Shown: positions 47,234-57,274 of the stretch, piece by piece
Position numbering within the stretch: the stretch's first letter is position 1
Layout: every line of letters starts with the position of its first letter
Program-made: the position numbers and the translations under genes
Origin: Candidatus Aminicenantes bacterium
GTDB taxonomy: Bacteria > Acidobacteriota > Aminicenantia > Aminicenantales > JAFGBC01
Reading direction: 5' to 3'
Assembly: GCA_963702005.1 (NCBI GenBank)
Contig: OY969696.1
Location: 2,144,001-2,208,000 of the forward strand
Length of the DNA: 64,000 nucleotides
The notes under the pieces: generated by a model
The model's input: only the letters and a program-made list of their open reading frames with translations
Databases searched by the model: none
Told to the model about the DNA's origin: nothing

Positions 47234-48580
47234 TCAGACCTTTCCCGTCCGGCGTCCCGTCGTCCGGACCGCGGGGCTCGGCAGCCGGTTGTCATAAACG
47301 AGACAGCGAACGGGCTTGCCTTCGCGGAGATGCTTGGAACAGAGCGAGCAGGTCGTGCAGACCCGGTCCGCCGCGAGCGTCCCGTCGCGGTCCAGGGCGG
47401 CCGGCCAGTCCGGGTAGGCGAGGCTGCCCCGTCCCTGTCCGGCGATCGTCATCAGCCCCCCGCCGACGGCGGCGGCCGCGACCTGGGGAAAGAACTGGCG
47501 AAGCCAGGACATCCCGGTTCCGATGACGGCCAGCTCGGGGAACTCGTTTTGGATGCGGCCGGCGATGCGCAGGAGCCGGGCCGTGCCCTCGAGCGGATGC
47601 TCATCCGGCGTCGCGCCGCCCGGGATGGGCTTGTCGAAAGGACGTCCGAACCACGGCTTGTAAGCGGGAATCCCGACCGAAAAGCCCAGGAGAGAGACGC
47701 CCGACTCGGTGAGCCGGCGGATGACGGCGATGGGTTCGATCAGGTCCTCGCGGCCGGGGTCGTCCTCGTCGACGCCGAACCCGAAAGGCGAAGGAATCGT
47801 GTCGAAGGCGCTCAGACGGCCGGTCAGGATAAGGGAGGGCGTATCGTTCTTGATCCGGATGAGAGTCTCCAGAAGGAATCGCGAGCGGTTGGCGAGGGAG
47901 CCGCCGTAGCGGCTGTCGCGGCGGGTGAAGGAGGCGAGAAGCTCCGAAACGAGGTAGCCGTGGCAGGCTTTGACATCGACGCCGTCGAACCCGACTTCGC
48001 GGGCGATCCGGGCCGCGGTCAAGTAGCGATCCTGGATGGCCTGGAGGCTGCCGTCGTCCAAGAGCGGATAATTCCCAGGCAGGCTGAGGAGTCCGTCCAG
48101 GAAGGGGCTCCGGTGGGTGATAATGGGCTGGGGGATGCCCTCGGGCTTCGAGAAACGGCCGGAATGGGTCAGCTGAAGGATGAGAAGGGGACTCCGATCA
48201 GCGGCGCGGGCGGCTTTCCGGACGCGGGACACGAGACGCTTGAAGGCGGGCTTGGTCTCGGCCGTGATCATGAGCTGGTGGGGGTTGGAGCGGCCTTCGG
48301 CCGTAACGGCCGTCGCCTCGAACAAAATCAGGGACGCGCCGCCGGCCGCGTATCTTTCGTAGCGGCGCGCCGTCAGCGGAGTCGGGGACCCGTCGGCTTC
48401 CGCGTCCGCTGCTTCCATGGGCAGGACGGCCAGGCGGTTGGCGAGCGTCCGGCCCGCCACGACGATCTTGCTAAAGAGGGGCGAGATATCGTCTGCGAAG
48501 GGGATGTCGACCCCGAGCTCCTGCGTTTTACCGAGAAACTCTTCCCGGGTCTTGAAGGCGAACTCTTCGTGGGCGGCCAT
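47234..48580 (-). CDS. NADH:flavin oxidoreductase (old yellow enzyme family)
   Basis: NRLAVLPME, QLTHSGR, DVKACHGYL, YGGSLANR, CTTCSLC. Confidence 0.9.
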   Translation of the reverse strand: MAAHEEFAFKTREEFLGKTQELGVDIPFADDISPLFSKIVVAGRTLANRLAVLPMEAADAEADGSPTPLTARRYERYAAGGASLILFEATAVTAEGRSNPHQLMITAETKPAFKRLVSRVRKAARAADRSPLLILQLTHSGRFSKPEGIPQPIITHRSPFLDGLLSLPGNYPLLDDGSLQAIQDRYLTAARIAREVGFDGVDVKACHGYLVSELLASFTRRDSRYGGSLANRSRFLLETLIRIKNDTPSLILTGRLSAFDTIPSPFGFGVDEDDPGREDLIEPIAVIRRLTESGVSLLGFSVGIPAYKPWFGRPFDKPIPGGATPDEHPLEGTARLLRIAGRIQNEFPELAVIGTGMSWLRQFFPQVAAAAVGGGLMTIAGQGRGSLAYPDWPAALDRDGTLAADRVCTTCSLCSKHLREGKPVRCLVYDNRLPSPAVRTTGRRTGKV

Positions 48581-48590
48581 ATCTTAATCC

Positions 48591-49595
48591 TCAGCGGGCT
48601 CGGGCTGCGCCGGCCTCGACAATGCCGCGGATGGCGTCCAGCCCGCGCCTGACCCTGCCCTCGCAAACGGATGGCCAGTCCTCCCGGCTCACGACGCTTA
48701 AAGAACCGCTCCGGACCAGGGACTCGGTCCTTGCCGCCGAACGGAGGAGCTTGGAGAATTCGGAGGCGTCGAGGTCGGGGAAGCCCGAAAGGAAGTCCGG
48801 GTCGAAGACGGGCATAGGGAAGCTCCCGCCATGGTCCTCGAGCGAGAGCGTGATCTGCCTTTCGATCCCGGATAGGGCTTCAAAGATGCCGGGAAAGTCA
48901 ACGATCCCGAGCCCGGCTTCGGCCGGAAACGAGATGAGCCCGGCTTCGTCGAGCAGGAGGCCGCCGTCCTTGACGTGGGTCGAGACGATCCAGGGCAGGA
49001 TCCGGAGCGTGGCGGAGAGAGGATCTTCGAGCATGGTCAAGAGGTTCATGGTGTCGAGGCAGATCCCCAGCGGGCCGCCCGGCTCGGCGCCGCTTCCTTC
49101 GAGAAGCCGGACGAGCTCGAAGGTCGTGAACTCGAAATGGGTCTCGATGGCGAGCGTCACTCCGAAATCACGGAGCATCGGGAGCTGGGAGCGAAGGCTT
49201 TCGGACGCGGCGCCGAGCAGGGTTTCCGTCGCCGACCCCTCGTTCTTCCAGCGCATCAACCCGCCCGAGCAGGAACGGATGAGCCCCACGCCGAGAGTCC
49301 GGGCCTGTTCCGCCGCGCGCTTGTTGATGGAGACGATGTCCTTGGGGCGGCCGGTCTCGAAGTCGATCGGAACGTGCTCGCCGCCGCCCCATTCCAGGTA
49401 GAGGCCTTTCTCCCGGGCGGAACCCTCGAGCTCGGACAGGAACGCGCGGTCGAGGGAACGGCCGGGCGGGAGGCCGACCTCGGAGAACTGAACGCCGTCG
49501 GCCCCGTTGGCGGCCGCCCAGTCCAGAAGCTCGGGCGCGGGCAGTCCGAGCGGCTTGAGGCTGTAGGCGTCTATCCCGACTTTGAAGGATTTCAT
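48591..49595 (-). CDS. Xylose isomerase-like TIM barrel protein
   Basis: AIETH, CLDTMN, THVKD, SLEDH. Confidence 0.88.
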   Translation of the reverse strand: MKSFKVGIDAYSLKPLGLPAPELLDWAAANGADGVQFSEVGLPPGRSLDRAFLSELEGSAREKGLYLEWGGGEHVPIDFETGRPKDIVSINKRAAEQARTLGVGLIRSCSGGLMRWKNEGSATETLLGAASESLRSQLPMLRDFGVTLAIETHFEFTTFELVRLLEGSGAEPGGPLGICLDTMNLLTMLEDPLSATLRILPWIVSTHVKDGGLLLDEAGLISFPAEAGLGIVDFPGIFEALSGIERQITLSLEDHGGSFPMPVFDPDFLSGFPDLDASEFSKLLRSAARTESLVRSGSLSVVSREDWPSVCEGRVRRGLDAIRGIVEAGAARAR

Positions 49596-49607
49596 GTCCC
49601 AATGCGC

Positions 49608-50663
49608 TTAGCGGGTGGTCGGCGCCTCCGAGGTATGTTTCACGGAATAAGACAGGGCCACGAAGACGACGCCGATGACGGCGACGACCGCCGCCACGTG
49701 GATCACCGGAGTAAACAGCTGGTCGACGATGCGCAGGGGGATCCAGCGAAACTTGACCAGGACGAGGTCTCCCAGCTCCGAGGTCCAGGAACCTCGCCAG
49801 GCGAAGGGCCCGCCGGCGATCGCCCAGAGGGAAAAGCGTTTGATCACCAGGGCGAGCAGAAGGACGGGAAGGCTTCCAGCGATCACGGAAAATCCCGACC
49901 AGCGGAGAAATCCCGCACGCGAAGAAGCGGCGATGAGCGCGCCCAGGAAAATAAACAGGGCCGGGATCAAAAACAGGGCGTAGGACATCATCGCGACCGG
50001 CCGTGAAATCCCGGTTCGGAAGAGCGGGAAGGGCCGGGCGTCTTCGAAGAACGGCATTTCATCGTTCATATGAGAGACCATTCGGGTGCGGGCGTTGAGA
50101 AGGACGTCCTTGGCGACGGCCACGTCGGGAATACAGGCGGGGAGCTTGCGGCCGGCGCCGCCCGAGAGGGCGAGGTCCTGCCAGCGCTTCAGCCCCCCCT
50201 CGTCGCAGGTCGGGAGGTTCTTGAGCGTCTCTTCAAGGAAGCGGTCCACCTCCGGATGAAGGAGCGCCCGCTTGAGCGGCCGTAAATCGAGGGAGAGCGG
50301 TCGGACGGGTTCCTCCCCTCGGAGCATCGCGCCGATCCGCCGCAACGAATCGGTCAGTTCGCCTTGCAGCCAGTCCAGGAAACCGGTTTTGGCCATCAAC
50401 TCCCGCGGCGAGATCCCGGTTTTAGCGGCCGCTTGAAACCAGGCGCGCGTGTCGGGGTCGGCGATTTCGGTTTCGTCCCGGGCGGCGAGGAAGATCTGGT
50501 CCGCCTTGTCCGGAATTTCGGCTATGATTTTCCGCGGCAATTCGGACAGGAACTCCGCCGAGACGGTTGCCTTGACCAGGCCGACGGCCCAGATAATCCC
50601 GAACAGGATCGGCAGGCCGATGAGGACAATGATGAGCATTCCGATGATTTTTCTGGCGACCAT
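49608..50663 (-). CDS. Hypothetical membrane protein
   Basis: N-terminal TM helix, soluble loop, 3 C-terminal TM helices; AGGAGG RBS. Confidence 0.8.
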   Translation of the reverse strand: MVARKIIGMLIIVLIGLPILFGIIWAVGLVKATVSAEFLSELPRKIIAEIPDKADQIFLAARDETEIADPDTRAWFQAAAKTGISPRELMAKTGFLDWLQGELTDSLRRIGAMLRGEEPVRPLSLDLRPLKRALLHPEVDRFLEETLKNLPTCDEGGLKRWQDLALSGGAGRKLPACIPDVAVAKDVLLNARTRMVSHMNDEMPFFEDARPFPLFRTGISRPVAMMSYALFLIPALFIFLGALIAASSRAGFLRWSGFSVIAGSLPVLLLALVIKRFSLWAIAGGPFAWRGSWTSELGDLVLVKFRWIPLRIVDQLFTPVIHVAAVVAVIGVVFVALSYSVKHTSEAPTTR

Positions 50664-50879
50664 GAGAATCCCTCCTATGGCATGATCTGCGTTTATCTTA
50701 TCAGAAAATACGAAAGGGCGGAAAAAAATGTTCCGCCCCGGTCCCTCCCGGTTCCCGCTCCCTCCCGATATCCCGGCTTTTAGCGGCGGGCCCGCCCTGT
50801 CCGCCCCCTATCCGCTCTTGACTTTGGGCCGGGCTTCGTGACATATAATAATGACCGCATACCTCAAGGAGAGGGATTT

Positions 50880-51503
50880 ATGCTGACCGAACTCCAAGAC
50901 GCCCTGCTTCAAGGAAAGAGAGACGAGGTCGTGGCCCTGGTCCAGAAAGCTCTGGACGCCGGCATCCCGACCGCCCGCATCCTCGACGAAGGCCTGATCG
51001 CCGCCATGGAAAAACTCGGGGTCATGTTCAAGAACAACGAGGTCTTCATCCCCGAGGTCCTAGTGGCCGCCCGGGCAATGCACGCCGGGCTGGCCCGGCT
51101 CGAGCCGCTCCTGGTCCGGGACGGGATCGAGCCCAAGGGCGTCGTCGTCATCGGAACGGTCAAGGGGGACCTCCACGACATCGGGAAGAACCTGGTCGCC
51201 ATGATGCTCCGCGGCGCCGGCTACAAGATCGTGGACCTCGGGGCCGACGTCACCCCCGACGCCTTCGTCCAGGCCGTCAAGACCCACAACGCCCACATCG
51301 TCGCCCTATCCGCCCTGCTGACGACGACCATGGTCCAGATGAAGAATGTCATCGAAGCCCTCCGTTCGGCCGGCCTTAAGACTCCGGTCATCATCGGCGG
51401 CGCGCCGGTCACCCTCGATTTTGCCAAAAAAATCACGGCGGCCGGATTCGCCCCGGACGCGGCGAGCGGGGTCGAGGAAGTCCGCCGCCTGCTCGTCCAT
51501 TAA
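50880..51503 (+). CDS. Methyltransferase cognate corrinoid (B12-binding) protein
   Basis: FIPEVL, GDLHDIGKN (DxHxxG), SALLTTT, IGGAP. Confidence 0.95.
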   Translation: MLTELQDALLQGKRDEVVALVQKALDAGIPTARILDEGLIAAMEKLGVMFKNNEVFIPEVLVAARAMHAGLARLEPLLVRDGIEPKGVVVIGTVKGDLHDIGKNLVAMMLRGAGYKIVDLGADVTPDAFVQAVKTHNAHIVALSALLTTTMVQMKNVIEALRSAGLKTPVIIGGAPVTLDFAKKITAAGFAPDAASGVEEVRRLLVH

Positions 51504-51521
51504 AGGGGGAAGTAGGCTGGC

Positions 51522-52391
51522 ATGAAGGTTTCCGGGTACCCCAAGGTGTTTGCCCTATTCGGATTATTTTCCTTGATGGTTGCCGGCCCCGGTCTGGCCA
51601 AGGATAAAGTCGTCGTAAGCCAATGGGCGTCCGAGCCGCTCGAAGTCGACGGCCTGAATTTGGAATGGACGGCCGACGCCCTGACTTCCAAAGACGATAT
51701 GAAGGTTAGCTACGCCTTCCGGAACGACGACAAGGACCTCTATCTCGTCTTCGTTTTCAACGACCCGAAATATCTGAGCACGATCGACGCCACGGGCATG
51801 ACCGTCTATTTCAACGCCGAGGGCAAAAAGAAGAAGGACAACGGGGTCATTTTCAAGACCAAGCGGGCGACCCCCCAGGAGCTCATCGCCAACTGGGAGA
51901 AGGAAGGCCAGACGGTCAGCGACGAGCGCAAGCGTGAGCTCATGAGCCGCCCCTATTACATCGTCTTTTGGACTGATGTTATCAATAAAAAGCCGGATAA
52001 AACGACCGCGGCCGCGGCCGGAACCACCGTCTCCGACAAGCCTCCCGTCTTCCGGAACGGGTTCAAGGACAAACTCGCCGTCTACGAATTCCGGATCCCT
52101 CTGAGCCGGGCCGGCCAGCCGGGCGGAGTCGGCGCGGTCCCGGGCCAGACGATCAAGTTCGGGTTCGAGTGGGGCGGGATGACCGAGCAGATGCGCAAGG
52201 AGATGATCGCCCGCCGGGCTGCCATGGGAAGCCAGGCCGGAGCCCCCGAGGTCGATATCGATAACGCCCTGGGCGAAGGCGACGAAAGCGTCGATCTCGG
52301 CCAAGGCGGACCTTCCGGATTCTCACGCGGCCCCAAGCAATATTCTTTCTGGATCGACCTCAAGCTCGCGGCGGCCCCGGGCGGATTTTAG
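51522..52391 (+). CDS. Secreted hypothetical protein (CBM9/DOMON-like beta sandwich)
   Basis: Signal peptide; VDG..LEW, NDDKDLYL and YEFRIP pattern. Confidence 0.7.
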   Translation: MKVSGYPKVFALFGLFSLMVAGPGLAKDKVVVSQWASEPLEVDGLNLEWTADALTSKDDMKVSYAFRNDDKDLYLVFVFNDPKYLSTIDATGMTVYFNAEGKKKKDNGVIFKTKRATPQELIANWEKEGQTVSDERKRELMSRPYYIVFWTDVINKKPDKTTAAAAGTTVSDKPPVFRNGFKDKLAVYEFRIPLSRAGQPGGVGAVPGQTIKFGFEWGGMTEQMRKEMIARRAAMGSQAGAPEVDIDNALGEGDESVDLGQGGPSGFSRGPKQYSFWIDLKLAAAPGGF

Positions 52392-52394
52392 TCC

Positions 52395-53310
52395 CTATCC
52401 GGCCGTCGCCAAGTAAGCCCCCAGGAAAGCGAGTCCGATCGCCAGGATCCGCCAGGGGGTGACCTTTTCCTTGAGGAAGGTGGCGGCCAGGATGAAGATG
52501 AAGATCGAGCTGAGCTGGCTGAGGGCGGCCGCGACCGAAGCGAACGTGTATTTCATGCCCGCCATCCAGGCCATCAGGCTGACGTAGGTCCCCAAAAACG
52601 CCGCCGGCGCCATGGGCCGCCAGTTCGCGCTCCGGGCCAGGGGACGGAGAAGCTTCGCGCCGCTTGGGATGAAAGACGAAAACGAGCGCGAGCGAAATCG
52701 ACGCCCCGGCCAATCTCATGAACATGGCCCACAGGAGCGGGGCGGAGGAGAGCAGGGGCTTGATCATGACGATCCCGGCCGCCATCGTAAACATGGAGGC
52801 GGTCCCCAATCCGGTCCCGAGCATGAGGTCGCGGCGCGGAATCGTCCGCTCGTGCTTTTTTTGGGTGATGGTCAGAACGGCCGAAACGATGAGGGCCACG
52901 CCGAAGAGCTGGAGGGTGCTCATCCGCTCGCCCAGGAAGAGGAGAGAGAGCCCGATGATGAACGGGCTGTAGAAGCAGTCCACGATCGCCGAGAGGCTGG
53001 CTCCGAGCATGTTGAGGCTGACAAGGAACAATGTGTCCGAGATCGTGATTCCCAGGATGCCGCTCAAAACCATCATCGCGTAGGGGCGGGCGCCCAGGGC
53101 GGGAAGAAGCGGAAGCCCGAGGACGGCCGCGGTCAAGGCGACCAGGATCGCGGCGAATAAGTTTTTAAACAGGTTGAGGGCCAGGGGATGGACGGTCCGG
53201 CCCGAGACGCGGAACAGGATGACGGCGAACGACCAGACCAGTCCGGCCCCAAGCGAGAAGATCTCGCCGATGTGGGGGACGCGGACGAGCGACTCGAAGA
53301 ATCCGGACAT
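52395..53310 (-). pseudogene. DMT/EamA family transporter split by a +1 frameshift near 52651-52665
   Basis: The first frame encodes EamA repeat 1 and most of repeat 2 up to HPKR. The second frame resumes KLLRPLARSANWRPMAPAAFLG...FLKEKVT. Confidence 0.8.
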
Positions 53311-53451
53311 GATCGGTTCATTCACCTGGCGCGGAATAGAAATCCTCTTATAGCAGAATTCCCTGAGCCGGTCAATCAATAGCACTCTGATTTCATTGTT
53401 TTCGATATGGCCCGCACGGCCGGATTTGATATGATAGGACAAACGGAGGAA

Positions 53452-55053
53452 ATGGCAATGCCGCATAAACGTTCAAATCGATTTATCTGGCTGGAGTTCG
53501 CCCTGGTTTTCGCCGCCGGCTTGCTGATCCGGGCCGGGGCGGCGCCGGAAGCTTTTCGGCCCGAGCCGGCATTCGACTCCTGCACGAGCCTGCTGGTCGG
53601 CCGGCTCGCCTCGGCCGACGGCTCGACCATGACCTCCCATTCCTGCGACAGCTCGACCGACCGGACCTGGATGACGATCGTCCCCCACGCCAAACATAAG
53701 GCTGGCGAGACGGCTAAAGTTTATTTCGAGGCCAAGAGGACCAAAGGACCCGACGACAAGGACCGGCTCGAGACTGGCGAGATCCCCCAAGTCCCCGAGA
53801 CCTACGCCTTTTTCAACGCCGCCTACCCGATCATGAACGAGCGGCAACTCGCCATCGGCGAGACGACGATCGGCGGCCGGCCCGAGCTCCAGAGCGACGA
53901 AGGAATGATCGACGCGCCCGAGCTCTACCGCCTCGTCCTGGAGCGGGCCGCGACGGCCCGGGAGGCCATACGGATCGCAGACGATTTAACCGCCAAATAC
54001 GGCTATACGGACTGGGGCGAGTGCTTCACCTTCGCCGACCCCAAGGAGGTCTGGCAGTTCGAGATTTTCGGGCCGGGTAAGAAGCGGAAGGGCGCGGTTT
54101 GGGCGGCCGAGCGGGTGCCGGATGACGAAATCGGCCTATCGGCCAACGCCTCGCGGATACGCGCCATCGATGTTGGGGACCCCGAGCGCTTCATGACCTC
54201 GGCCAATGTCGTTTCTCTTGCCGAAGAGCTCGGATTCTGGTCGAGAGCGGCCGGGCAGCCTTTCGAATTCTGTTACGCCTACGCGCCCAAGTCGCGGACG
54301 AGCCTTTATTCGCGGCGCCGGGAGTGGCGGGCTTTAAGCCTGCTCGCCCCGTCGCTCGGCCTCGACCCCGAGTCCGAGAACTATCCTTTTTCGGTCAAGC
54401 CGGAGAAAAAAGTTACGGTCGGCGACCTTCTCCGGATCTTTCGGGATACCTATGCGGATACGGTCTACGACATGACCCGGACTCTGACGACGGTCAATAA
54501 AAAGGGCGAGGTCGTCAAGAGCCCGGTCGCCGGCCCGTTTCTCAACGGCGATTGGAGGGATCTCCTCCACATCAAACGGGAGCGAACAATCTGCTCGCCG
54601 GCCGCGACCTACCTCCAGATCACCCAGTCCCGTGATTGGCTCCCGGACCCGATCGGAGGGATTGTCTGGGTCGGTTACGACAATCCTGCCACAACCCCGC
54701 ACACGCCCTTCTATATCGGAATCGCCCGGATGCCGGCCTCGTACATGGTGGACGGCCGCTGGCGATTCCGCCGCGATTGCGGCTGGTGGGCGTTCCGGAC
54801 CGTGAGCAAGCTGGCCCTCCTCCGCTGGCAGGAGATGACCAAGGATATCGAGAAGGTCTGGTCGGGGATCGAAAGCGCCGCCTTCGCCGAACAAGCCAAG
54901 GTCGAGGCGGACGCCCTCGCGCTCTACAAAGCCGACCCGGCCAAGGCCCGCGCCTTCCTGACCCGCTACAGCATTGATATGGCCGAGAAGGCCGTGGCCG
55001 CCTATTGGGCGCTGGCCGACGAGCTCCTGGGCAAGTACGCCGCCGATTTCTGA
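53452..55053 (+). CDS. C69 family dipeptidase
   Basis: SCTSLLVG Ntn nucleophile, ADGS, MNERQLAIGETT. Confidence 0.9.
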   Translation: MAMPHKRSNRFIWLEFALVFAAGLLIRAGAAPEAFRPEPAFDSCTSLLVGRLASADGSTMTSHSCDSSTDRTWMTIVPHAKHKAGETAKVYFEAKRTKGPDDKDRLETGEIPQVPETYAFFNAAYPIMNERQLAIGETTIGGRPELQSDEGMIDAPELYRLVLERAATAREAIRIADDLTAKYGYTDWGECFTFADPKEVWQFEIFGPGKKRKGAVWAAERVPDDEIGLSANASRIRAIDVGDPERFMTSANVVSLAEELGFWSRAAGQPFEFCYAYAPKSRTSLYSRRREWRALSLLAPSLGLDPESENYPFSVKPEKKVTVGDLLRIFRDTYADTVYDMTRTLTTVNKKGEVVKSPVAGPFLNGDWRDLLHIKRERTICSPAATYLQITQSRDWLPDPIGGIVWVGYDNPATTPHTPFYIGIARMPASYMVDGRWRFRRDCGWWAFRTVSKLALLRWQEMTKDIEKVWSGIESAAFAEQAKVEADALALYKADPAKARAFLTRYSIDMAEKAVAAYWALADELLGKYAADF

Positions 55054-55129
55054 GCCGACAACGGATTTCCTCTCCCCGCTATCCGGGAGGCAAATCAAAG
55101 AATAAGAGCCCTGTAAGGCGTTCAGCAGC

Positions 55130-55158
55130 TTGACATCGCTTCAAGATGAAGATATATA
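55130..55158 (+). promoter_or_regulatory. Putative sigma70 promoter
   Basis: TTGACA-N17-TATATA in an AT-rich intergenic region upstream of 55212. Confidence 0.55.
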
Positions 55159-55211
55159 TTAAAAGAAAATTTGGTTTTCATTAGGATTTTAGGGGACAAA
55201 CCATAAAACGT

Positions 55212-57188
55212 ATGCTGATCTTGAGTATGGCTTTCGGTTTACTGGCAATGGGATCCCTCTCATCGGCCGGAAATGCCCAGATAAGGCCCGTAGAAAAGCA
55301 TTCAAAAGCCCAAAAGCGGATTGACCGCGTTACCGTAGATCTCTATATCAGCGGAACGATCACCTGGGACATGGACGGAAGGGGGCTTGAGGGTGTAGGC
55401 ATAATTGTGGATTATTGTAATGAACGGTGGACAGCAACGCTTCCAAATGGCCACTTCTCTTTCAAACATGAAGGCCTTGGGGCTCCGGCTCACTTCGCAC
55501 CGCAACTCGGCGGATTTATTTTCTCCCCTGAATTCCGTGATGTCACCTGCAATATGTCAGATATACCAAATCAAAATTTCACAGCCACATATGTGGGTCG
55601 CCCTCTCGTCCTGACCGCTCCCGTCGGGGGGGAGGTCTGGCCTAAGGTCTCGATCCAAAAAATCATGTGGAAGTCCATAGAGCTGTCCGGACATCTCGCC
55701 CTGGATCTTTACCGGAACGGGACTAAGGTCGGCCGGATCGCCGAAAATGTGCGCCAGGAGGGCGAGTTCTACTCTTGGCCGGTCGGAACGCTGACGGAAG
55801 GAAAGGCCGAGCAAGGCGGCGGCTATAGGGTGAAAATTTCTTTGCAAAAATATTCCTTTCTTCCGGGGACGAGGGACATAAGCGACGGTGCGTTCACGAT
55901 CGGCTCAAACCCCATACTGGCTCTGACCTCGCCCAATGGAGGAGAAGACTTGGCGCTGGGGGCGAGCCACGCCATCGGATGGAAGGCCGACAAACTTGTT
56001 ACGGGTCTCGGTCGGCTGGTGCTCTTCAAGGACGGGGTCAAGCAGGGGATCATCGCCGATGACATACCGATCGCAGCCCGCTATTACAATTGGATTGCCG
56101 GGAGTACTCCCGGAGGCGCGGTTGCCCCGGGAATGGGCTACAAGGTCAAGATCGTATCCAAGGATCTTGATCTTGAGGACGCGAGCGACAAGGCTTTCAC
56201 CATGACGAAGAAGCCCTTCATATCGCTGACGTCTCCCAACGGCGATGAGGAGTGGCAGAAGGGGAGTTGGTATCCGATCACTTGGTCATCGAGGGATGTG
56301 TCGGGCTTCTGCGATCTCGAGCTCTATCGGAATGGGACGAAGCTGGGCGTCATCGCCAAAGATATCTCCGTCGCGGACGGAAATTCCAGATGGAAAGCCG
56401 GTTTGTACAGAGGCGGCATCGCGCCGATTGGGAAAGGGTACAAGGTCAAGCTCGACGTCAAGGGGACGGCTTTTTCCGATTTCAGCAACAGGAGTTTTGA
56501 ACTGGCGTTCCTGACGGCGTTGGTCATCGACCACAAATGCACGGATTTAGCGAAGATCCCGGAGGAATGGATTCGGAAGGCCGGGGCGCTCCTGAGGGTT
56601 CAGTACGCGAGCGGAGCGTTCCCCGATGATCTCAACCGGGGGCTCGACGCTCTAACCGCAAAAGAGGGTGGACCCGGCGCCTTATATCTGATTCAGGGAC
56701 AGCCGCAGCTTCATTTGCTCTCGGCGATCAAGCCCGAGTTCTTCTGGCGGGGGAGTGGGCCGACGCTGACGGTTAATGCCGTCGAGACTCTGGGTTTGAA
56801 TGTCACGGGCTGGTCATGGGGGAAAGAACTTGAGAATGGCGGGACTCAAGATGTTCGGGAATACCTCCGGAGCATGGGGTCGATGGAAGACGGTCACAAA
56901 GCTGTGAAGTTTATTTATTTCACGGCTCCGGCGCGTTCGGCGCTGAGCTCGAGAGCCAACCTCAACGCCGAGATTCGCAAATATTGCCGAGAGAAGGGCA
57001 AGATTTTGTTTGATTGGGAGGACCTGGACAGCTGGTATAAAGGAGACAGGTATTCGGAGCAGGGAATCCCGATGATTCATCCCCGCTATCGGGATTCGCA
57101 AAATCGGGTCAACTCCCTGAGCTGCGAGATGAAAGCTCGGGCCTTCTGGTGGCTCATGGCCAGGCTGGCCGGCTGGGACGAGAAATAA
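55212..57188 (+). CDS. Secreted multidomain protein with three Kre9/KNH-like (T-S/A-PxGxE) Ig domains and a C-terminal conserved domain
   Basis: LTAPVGGE, LTSPNGGE and LTSPNGDE repeats; C-terminal IDHKCTDLAKIP...WWLMARLAGWD. Confidence 0.75.
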   Translation: MLILSMAFGLLAMGSLSSAGNAQIRPVEKHSKAQKRIDRVTVDLYISGTITWDMDGRGLEGVGIIVDYCNERWTATLPNGHFSFKHEGLGAPAHFAPQLGGFIFSPEFRDVTCNMSDIPNQNFTATYVGRPLVLTAPVGGEVWPKVSIQKIMWKSIELSGHLALDLYRNGTKVGRIAENVRQEGEFYSWPVGTLTEGKAEQGGGYRVKISLQKYSFLPGTRDISDGAFTIGSNPILALTSPNGGEDLALGASHAIGWKADKLVTGLGRLVLFKDGVKQGIIADDIPIAARYYNWIAGSTPGGAVAPGMGYKVKIVSKDLDLEDASDKAFTMTKKPFISLTSPNGDEEWQKGSWYPITWSSRDVSGFCDLELYRNGTKLGVIAKDISVADGNSRWKAGLYRGGIAPIGKGYKVKLDVKGTAFSDFSNRSFELAFLTALVIDHKCTDLAKIPEEWIRKAGALLRVQYASGAFPDDLNRGLDALTAKEGGPGALYLIQGQPQLHLLSAIKPEFFWRGSGPTLTVNAVETLGLNVTGWSWGKELENGGTQDVREYLRSMGSMEDGHKAVKFIYFTAPARSALSSRANLNAEIRKYCREKGKILFDWEDLDSWYKGDRYSEQGIPMIHPRYRDSQNRVNSLSCEMKARAFWWLMARLAGWDEK

Positions 57189-57274
57189 AAGCCGATTCGT
57201 TCACCGCGACGAACCTGGAGTTTTGACAAGCTCCCGCGCTTTATGATTTACTGACCCTTCAGCGGCCAGTATCA

